Below, piece after piece: positions 37,773-42,823 of a stretch of 42,823 nucleotides of DNA (within the stretch, counting starts at the first letter, position 1; every line of letters starts with the position of its first letter). Position numbers and translations under genes: made by a program. The stretch spans positions 1-42,823 of the forward strand of contig DHHS01000171.1 of assembly GCA_002403415.1 (NCBI GenBank), given 5' to 3'. The notes below the pieces were generated by a model. The model was not told where the DNA came from. It saw only the letters and a list, made by a program, of their open reading frames with translations, and did no database searches. This stretch comes from Sphingomonas sp. UBA4766 (GTDB lineage Bacteria > Pseudomonadota > Alphaproteobacteria > Sphingomonadales > Sphingomonadaceae).

Positions 37773-38861
37773 ATGACCAAGCCGATGCTGCTCGCCGAAT
37801 TTGTGCAACTGCCGCCGGTGTATCGCACACGTCTGGTCGATGGGCTGGCGAGCGCGATTGACCCGGTTGCAAGCCGCGCCCGCGCCAGCCATCAATTTTT
37901 GCGTTACCAATGGTTTGCGGCGGCCCTTGCTGCTTATGGTGGTGCGGCGCGCACATTGGTGGTGGAGGACGAAAAAGGCCCGGTGATCGCGATGCCGCTG
38001 CTGGGCGTTGGCCCGCGGGCGCTGGGGGCTGCGACCGTGCCCGGATGCTATTGGCCGTTCCGCAGCTTCCCCAAGGTCGCCGGGCTCGACGCGACGGCAT
38101 TTGAGGCACTCGCCGATGCTCTGTCACGCGCGGCCAATGTCGTGCGCCTTGGCCCGGTCTATGATGGCGACCCCGCCGCCACCGGGTTGGTCAAAGCAGC
38201 GCAGCGGCGCGGATGGACCGTGATCGACCGGTTCATCGCCGACAGTTATCTGCTCGATATGGCGGCCGAGGCGCAAAATGGCTGGCCGCGCAATTCGACA
38301 CTGCGCAAGAATCGGTTTCACGAAAAGCATCTGGCCGAACATGGCGCGCTCGACTGGCGGTTTCTTGATGGTGCAGCGCTGGCCGAGGGCGGCTTTGACA
38401 TGCTGGCCGCGGTTGAGGAAAAAAGCTGGATCGCCGCGCGCACCGATGGTCGCGACGCGAAGTTTACCGCGACCGGACACGGCGCGTTCTGGCGCACCGC
38501 CGCACAGGATCCGGTGCTGGCGGAAATGCTCCATGCGGCGCTGCTGACGATTGACGGCGCACCTGCGGCATTTTCGTTCGATCTGAATGTCGGCGCGCTC
38601 AAATATGCGATTGCCAACAGCTATGATCCCGCCGTTGGCAAGCATTCGCCCGGCAAGCTGCTATACTACCGTAACTTGATTGCCGCGATGGCGGACGGAA
38701 TCACGACGGTCGATTGGGGCGCGGGCGACAGCGGTTACAAGCAAGTGATCGGCGCGGCCAAGGGGCCCGCAATCCGCGACTGGTTACTGGTTCGCCCTGG
38801 CGCAGCGGCACTGGCGGCGCGCGCGCTAGGCGGCTGGTGGCGCCGCAGCGGCCAGGGCTAA
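37773..38861 (+). CDS. GNAT family N-acetyltransferase (CelD/BcsL-like)
   Basis: C-terminal LTIDGAPAAF...SYDP...HSPGKLL...VDWGAGDSGYK typical of the Acetyltransf_6 family. Confidence 0.85.
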   Translation: MTKPMLLAEFVQLPPVYRTRLVDGLASAIDPVASRARASHQFLRYQWFAAALAAYGGAARTLVVEDEKGPVIAMPLLGVGPRALGAATVPGCYWPFRSFPKVAGLDATAFEALADALSRAANVVRLGPVYDGDPAATGLVKAAQRRGWTVIDRFIADSYLLDMAAEAQNGWPRNSTLRKNRFHEKHLAEHGALDWRFLDGAALAEGGFDMLAAVEEKSWIAARTDGRDAKFTATGHGAFWRTAAQDPVLAEMLHAALLTIDGAPAAFSFDLNVGALKYAIANSYDPAVGKHSPGKLLYYRNLIAAMADGITTVDWGAGDSGYKQVIGAAKGPAIRDWLLVRPGAAALAARALGGWWRRSGQG

Positions 38862-38933
38862 ACCGACCGCCACCGCAGCGACCAAATGACGCGCTTGATC
38901 GCATCGACTGGGAAACAGCCAGAAAGGAACCGG

Positions 38934-39026
38934 TGGCGGAGACGGAGGGATTCGAACCCTCGGTACCGCTAATCGCAGTACGGCGGTTTAGCAAACCGCT
39001 GGTTTCAGCCACTCACCCACGTCTCC
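38934..39026 (-). tRNA. tRNA-Ser(GCT)
   Basis: Minus strand GGAGACG...CGTCTCC-G-CCA; anticodon arm GCGGT-TTGCTAA-ACCGC; long variable arm; TTGAAG-N17-TATAGC promoter. Confidence 0.97.
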
Positions 39027-39196
39027 GGTTGCATGGCAAGCGGCGGCTATAGCCGCGACCTGCGACTGCTTCAACCACGACTTCGATTCGAACCAGCGCA
39101 AAATCGACTCAGGTCGCCGCCACACGCTTGCGACCGGCCGGAATATATCGATACCCTAACACGTTAGATGCAGACGACAGTCGGCAAAGGATAGCT

Positions 39197-39955
39197 ATGA
39201 TGTTGAAATTGATGCGACGCAGTGCGCTCGCCCCGATGATCGCACTTACGCTGGCAATCGGCGCTGGCACCGCCGCTGTGCCGCAGGTGCGCACCGTGGA
39301 TCCGAACAGCGCCATCGACGCCGATCTGCGCCAGGCGCCACCGGCGCCCCGCACCGCCACGCCGGGTCCGGCGGATCGGCCGCGCTATGACAATGAAGCA
39401 GCCGCTCCGGCTGCGGCCCCCGCGCCCACGGCGGCAAGCACTGATCGCGCAACCGGCACGACATCGGCGGCGGCGACCTATCAGCGAAAGGATTTGCTCA
39501 GCGCGGGGGAGCGCGTGTTCGGCAAAGGTGCGCAGGGGCTCGCCGGGATTCTCGAAAAAATCCTGCGCGATCAGGGCGAACCCAATGCCTATATCGCCGG
39601 GCGTGAAGCATCGGGCGCTGTGGTTGTTGGCCTGCGCTATGGTTCAGGGATTTTGTCGCACCGGGTAGAGGGCGATCGGCCAATTTACTGGACGGGACCA
39701 TCGGTGGGCTTTGACCTTGGCGGGAATGCGTCAAAGGTGTTCGTGCTGGTGTATAACCTTTACGACACGCAGGAAATTTACAAGCGCTACCCAGAAGGCG
39801 AAGGGCATCTCTATTTTGTGGGCGGCTTTTCGGCGACCTATTTGCGGCGCGGTGACAAGGTGCTGATCCCCATCCGGCTGGGCGTTGGTGCGCGTGCGGG
39901 CGTGAACATCGGCTATATGAAGTTCAGCGAAAAGGCGCGCTGGCTGCCGTTTTGA
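39197..39955 (+). CDS. eipA: DUF1134 / EipA envelope integrity protein
   Basis: Signal peptide; GEPNAYIAGREASGA..GLRYGSG, YWTGPSVGFD.G, LVYNL and PIRLGVGARAGVNIGYMKFS...WLPF motifs; AAAGGA SD. Confidence 0.9.
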   Translation: MMLKLMRRSALAPMIALTLAIGAGTAAVPQVRTVDPNSAIDADLRQAPPAPRTATPGPADRPRYDNEAAAPAAAPAPTAASTDRATGTTSAAATYQRKDLLSAGERVFGKGAQGLAGILEKILRDQGEPNAYIAGREASGAVVVGLRYGSGILSHRVEGDRPIYWTGPSVGFDLGGNASKVFVLVYNLYDTQEIYKRYPEGEGHLYFVGGFSATYLRRGDKVLIPIRLGVGARAGVNIGYMKFSEKARWLPF

Positions 39956-40362
39956 TCCCGGCACGCGCTGGCTTTCGCGTGCTGCTTGCGCTGGCCTATG
40001 GCGCGGCGGGGGTAGCGCATTTGCGCGCGCCCGCCGGGTTTCTGGCGATCACGCCCGATTGGGTGCCCGCGCCCGCGCTGGTGATTGCGGTAACCGGATG
40101 GTGCGAGATTACGGGGGCGGTGGGCTTGCTCGTGCCGCGGCTGCGCTGGTGGGCGGGGGTCGCGCTTGCCGCCTATGCGGTGTGCGTCTTTCCCGCCAAC
40201 ATCAAACACGCGGTCGATGCCGTCCCGATCGGCGGCGTGGTGCTTGGCCCCGACTATCATGTTCCGCGCCTATTGTTGCAGCCGATGCTGGTGTGGTGGG
40301 CGCTTTGGGCGGGCGGGGTAACCGACTGGCCGTGGCGCCGTCGCCCACGCGCCGCCCCCTAA
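39952..40362 (+). CDS. DoxX-like membrane protein
   Basis: AGVAHL..P..FLAITPDWVP...TGWCEITGA.GLL...VFPANIKHA...PRLLLQP; TTG start overlaps the eipA stop. Confidence 0.85.
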   Translation: MIPARAGFRVLLALAYGAAGVAHLRAPAGFLAITPDWVPAPALVIAVTGWCEITGAVGLLVPRLRWWAGVALAAYAVCVFPANIKHAVDAVPIGGVVLGPDYHVPRLLLQPMLVWWALWAGGVTDWPWRRRPRAAP

Positions 40363-41426
40363 TCCTCCAGCCGCCATCCCAGCGTCTGCCCGGCGTGGAA
40401 CGGAACAATCGCGCCCCCCTCGCCAAGCGGCAATTGATCGGGCACGACCGTCGCCACGCGCGCGAGCGTGATCCGCTCTTCATTCAGCGGCAGGCCGTAA
40501 AAGCGCGGGCCGAATTCGCTTGCAAATCCTTCCAGCTTGTCGAGCGCGCCCGCTGCTTCGAATAGGGCAGCATAGCTCTCGATCGCAAAGGGCGCGTTGA
40601 AGATCCCCGCACAGCCGCACGCCGATTCCTTGGCGGATACGGCATGGGGCGCGCTGTCGGTGCCGAGGAAGAACTTGGGATCGCCCGATGTCGCCGCCGC
40701 GCACAGCGCGCGCCGGTGCTGTTCGCGCTTGGCGACCGGCAGGCAATAAGCGTGCGGCCTGATCCCGCCATCGAACATCGCGTTGCGGTTAATGTGGAGG
40801 TGCTGCGGCGTGATGGTGGCGGCGACGCACGGCCCGCTCGCCTGCACAAACGCAACCGCGTCGGCGGTGGTGATATGTTCGAGCACAATCTTGAGCGCCG
40901 GAAAGTCGGCAACCAGCGGGCGCAGCACCCGCTCGATAAACACGGCCTCGCGGTCGAAGATATCGACCTCGGGATCGGTCACTTCACCATGGATCAAGAG
41001 CGGCATCCCAATCCGTTCCATCGCGGCCAGCACCGGGGCGAGCGCGGCGATGTTGGTCACACCATGCGCGCTGCCCGTGGTTGCATGCGCGGGGTAGAGC
41101 TTGCACGCGGTGAACACCCCCTCCGCGTGGCCGCGCGCCACCTCGTCCGGGTCGGTTGAGTCCGTGAGGTAGCACGTCATCAGCGGTGTAAAGCGCGCGC
41201 CCGGTGGCAACGCGGCGAGAATGCGCGCACGATAGGCCGCGGCCTCGGCGGCGCGGGTGATGGGCGGCGATAAATTGGGCATCACGATCGCGCGCGCGAA
41301 CTGTCGTGCGGTATACCCCACGACAGCCGCGAGCACCGGCCCGTCGCGCAGGTGGACATGCCAGTCATCGGGGCGGCGGATCGTAAGTCGGTCGGCAAAA
41401 GCTGCGCGGGGGGCTTGGGATTCCAT
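40359..41426 (-). CDS. pyrC: Dihydroorotase (type II)
   Basis: RRPDDWHVHLRDG, VMPNL, KLYPAHATT, LEHITT, YCLPVAKRE and FLGTDSAPH motifs. Confidence 0.97.
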   Translation of the reverse strand: MESQAPRAAFADRLTIRRPDDWHVHLRDGPVLAAVVGYTARQFARAIVMPNLSPPITRAAEAAAYRARILAALPPGARFTPLMTCYLTDSTDPDEVARGHAEGVFTACKLYPAHATTGSAHGVTNIAALAPVLAAMERIGMPLLIHGEVTDPEVDIFDREAVFIERVLRPLVADFPALKIVLEHITTADAVAFVQASGPCVAATITPQHLHINRNAMFDGGIRPHAYCLPVAKREQHRRALCAAATSGDPKFFLGTDSAPHAVSAKESACGCAGIFNAPFAIESYAALFEAAGALDKLEGFASEFGPRFYGLPLNEERITLARVATVVPDQLPLGEGGAIVPFHAGQTLGWRLED

Positions 41427-41449
41427 GATCCCCGTCCTAGCTATCAGTG

Positions 41450-42199
41450 ATGAGCGAAGCCACCCCCCCGACGATGCTTGCCGACCGGGCCGTGTTGCGG
41501 ATCAGCGGCGATGATCCGCGCGGCTTCCTGCAAGGGCTGGTGACCCAAGACCTCGCTCAGGTCACATCGGGGCAGCCGCAATGGGCCGCGCTGCTTACAC
41601 CGCAGGGCAAGGTGCTGTTCGATTTCCTGCTCTGGGCGCAGGACGATGCGGTGCTGATCGATTGCGAAGCGTCGCAGGCAGTCGCGCTCGCGCGTCGACT
41701 GGCGCTCTATCGGTTGCGGCGGGCGATCACGATCGAACAGCCGGCGCTGACGGTCCACTGGTCACAGAGCGCTGGTGACGGCATGGCTGATCCGCGACTG
41801 AGCGCGTTGGGCCAGCGCTGGATCGGGGCGGCGCGCCCCGGCGACGCCGCCTCACGCTGGCGCGCGCACCGGCTATCGCTGGGGGTAGTCGAGGGGGTGA
41901 GCGAGCTGGGCAGCGGCGAGACTTTGTGGCTGGAGGCCAATGCCCGCGAGCTGAACGGGGTCAGCTTTACCAAGGGCTGCTATGTCGGGCAGGAAAATAC
42001 CGCGCGGATGCACCACCGCGCAAAGGTCAATCGCCGCCTGGTGGTCGCGCCGCTCGGCCCGATGAGCGACCGCACACGCGCGAGCTATCCGGACCTTGGT
42101 TTGATGGTCGAGCTGCGTCGGGTGGAGGCCTTGGGCGATGCGCTGCGGCCCGCATGGCTGGTCGCTGCGTTGACAGGCGAGCCTGGGGCGGTGGACTGA
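41450..42199 (+). CDS. ygfZ: Folate-binding Fe-S cluster repair protein YgfZ
   Basis: FLQGLVTQD, LLTPQGKVLFDF and signature GVSFTKGCYVGQE. Confidence 0.93.
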   Translation: MSEATPPTMLADRAVLRISGDDPRGFLQGLVTQDLAQVTSGQPQWAALLTPQGKVLFDFLLWAQDDAVLIDCEASQAVALARRLALYRLRRAITIEQPALTVHWSQSAGDGMADPRLSALGQRWIGAARPGDAASRWRAHRLSLGVVEGVSELGSGETLWLEANARELNGVSFTKGCYVGQENTARMHHRAKVNRRLVVAPLGPMSDRTRASYPDLGLMVELRRVEALGDALRPAWLVAALTGEPGAVD

Positions 42200-42312
42200 C
42201 CCGATCCGGGGCAGGCCTTTCGCCCGCCCGCCACTCTCGAGAGCCGTGCCACGCCGCAACCGTGCGGATCGATCACGATCGCCGCGGACACCAGAGGAAA
42301 GGCCCGGCAACG

Positions 42313-42343
42313 AAAAAGGGAGGCCGACTTGCGCCGACCTCCC
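42313..42343 (-). terminator. Intrinsic terminator of the OmpA gene
   Basis: Minus strand GGGAGGTCGGC-GCAA-GTCGGCCTCCC-TTTTT. Confidence 0.9.
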
Positions 42344-42365
42344 CTTAACTTCCATGGCCTAGGGC

Positions 42366-42821
42366 TTAGTTGCCCGAACCCGGACCATAAGTGATTTCCA
42401 CGCGACGGTTCTGGACTTCACGGACGCCGTCCGCAGTCTGAACGCGCAGCTTGCTGGGGTCTTCACCAAAGGCTTGCGTGGTCATCACGCCTTCTGGGAT
42501 CGAACGCGACCCCATATAGGCCTTGACCGCATCGGCGCGGCGCTGCGACAGTCCAACGTTATACTTCGGATTGCCCGAACGGTCAGCAAAGCCCGCCAGC
42601 ATCACCTGTGCATTGCCGCAATTCTGATAGGCCGCGACTGCGTTGTCGAGGATCGACGCGGCTTCCGGCGTGATGTCCGACTTGTTGTGGTCGAAGAACA
42701 CGATGAACGGACCCGGCGAGCACACTGCAGCCGGTGGTGGCGGTGGTGGCGGCGGCGGAGGAAGTGGCGGTGGTGGGAACCCCTGGCAAAAACATACGCC
42801 AATGCCATCGAAGAACAAATT
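42366..42821 (-). CDS. OmpA family outer membrane protein, C-terminal part only (poly-Pro linker plus peptidoglycan-binding domain)
   Basis: PPPP...CSPGPFIVFFD..KSDI...AGFADRSG..KYNVGLSQRRA.AV..Y...AFGE...NRRVEI; frame open to the window edge. Confidence 0.9.
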   Translation of the reverse strand, partial: NLFFDGIGVCFCQGFPPPPLPPPPPPPPPPAAVCSPGPFIVFFDHNKSDITPEAASILDNAVAAYQNCGNAQVMLAGFADRSGNPKYNVGLSQRRADAVKAYMGSRSIPEGVMTTQAFGEDPSKLRVQTADGVREVQNRRVEITYGPGSGN

Positions 42822-42823
42822 CA

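Noticed and set aside
12678-39026. Similar sequences at 12678 and 38934 (TGGCGGAG..GGAGGGATTCGAACCCTCG) as attL/attR of a 26-kb element
   Set aside because: Both are complete tRNA-Ser genes with different anticodons, and core genes (secDF, mnmA, sciP) lie between them.
42214-42304. 8-bp inverted repeat GGCCTTTC/GAAAGGCC about 75 bp apart, as a possible MITE
   Set aside because: Too short, no target-site duplication and no second copy seen in the window.
1-42823. CRISPR arrays, IS/transposases, prophage genes, defence systems
   Set aside because: No repeat-spacer periodicity and no transposase, integrase, phage or defence motifs recognised by eye.

Overview
This 42.8-kb window is GC-rich alphaproteobacterial DNA, most consistent with Sphingomonas or a close sphingomonad. 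The left ~12.6 kb is accessory and lower in GC. It holds the edge of a sphingan-like (sps/gel/dps-type) exopolysaccharide locus: an R-like beta-helix/RTX protein missing from the ORF track, a G-like polymerase, a flippase, a J-like ATPase and a second beta-helix protein. It also holds a Fur-box-preceded TonB receptor/PepSY/GST module and two fused gene remnants next to the 3' end of tRNA-Ser(GGA). The right ~30 kb is mostly core genome: PPIase, MCE/Mla ABC operon, RND pump, sciP, mnmA, secDF-yajC, tRNA-Pro(GGG), AraC, MFS, amidase, GNAT, tRNA-Ser(GCT), eipA, pyrC, ygfZ and the 3' end of ompA. The best novelty candidate is an unannotated, highly structured unit at ~35.70-36.04 kb. It has a GANTC-packed promoter, a 15-nt perfect complement to the 16S rRNA 3' tail, an 18-codon ORF, several long stems and its own terminator. 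Second is an apparently split beta-lactamase-like serine hydrolase whose N-terminal domain is a separate divergent gene. All family calls come from motif recognition and recall, not database searches.
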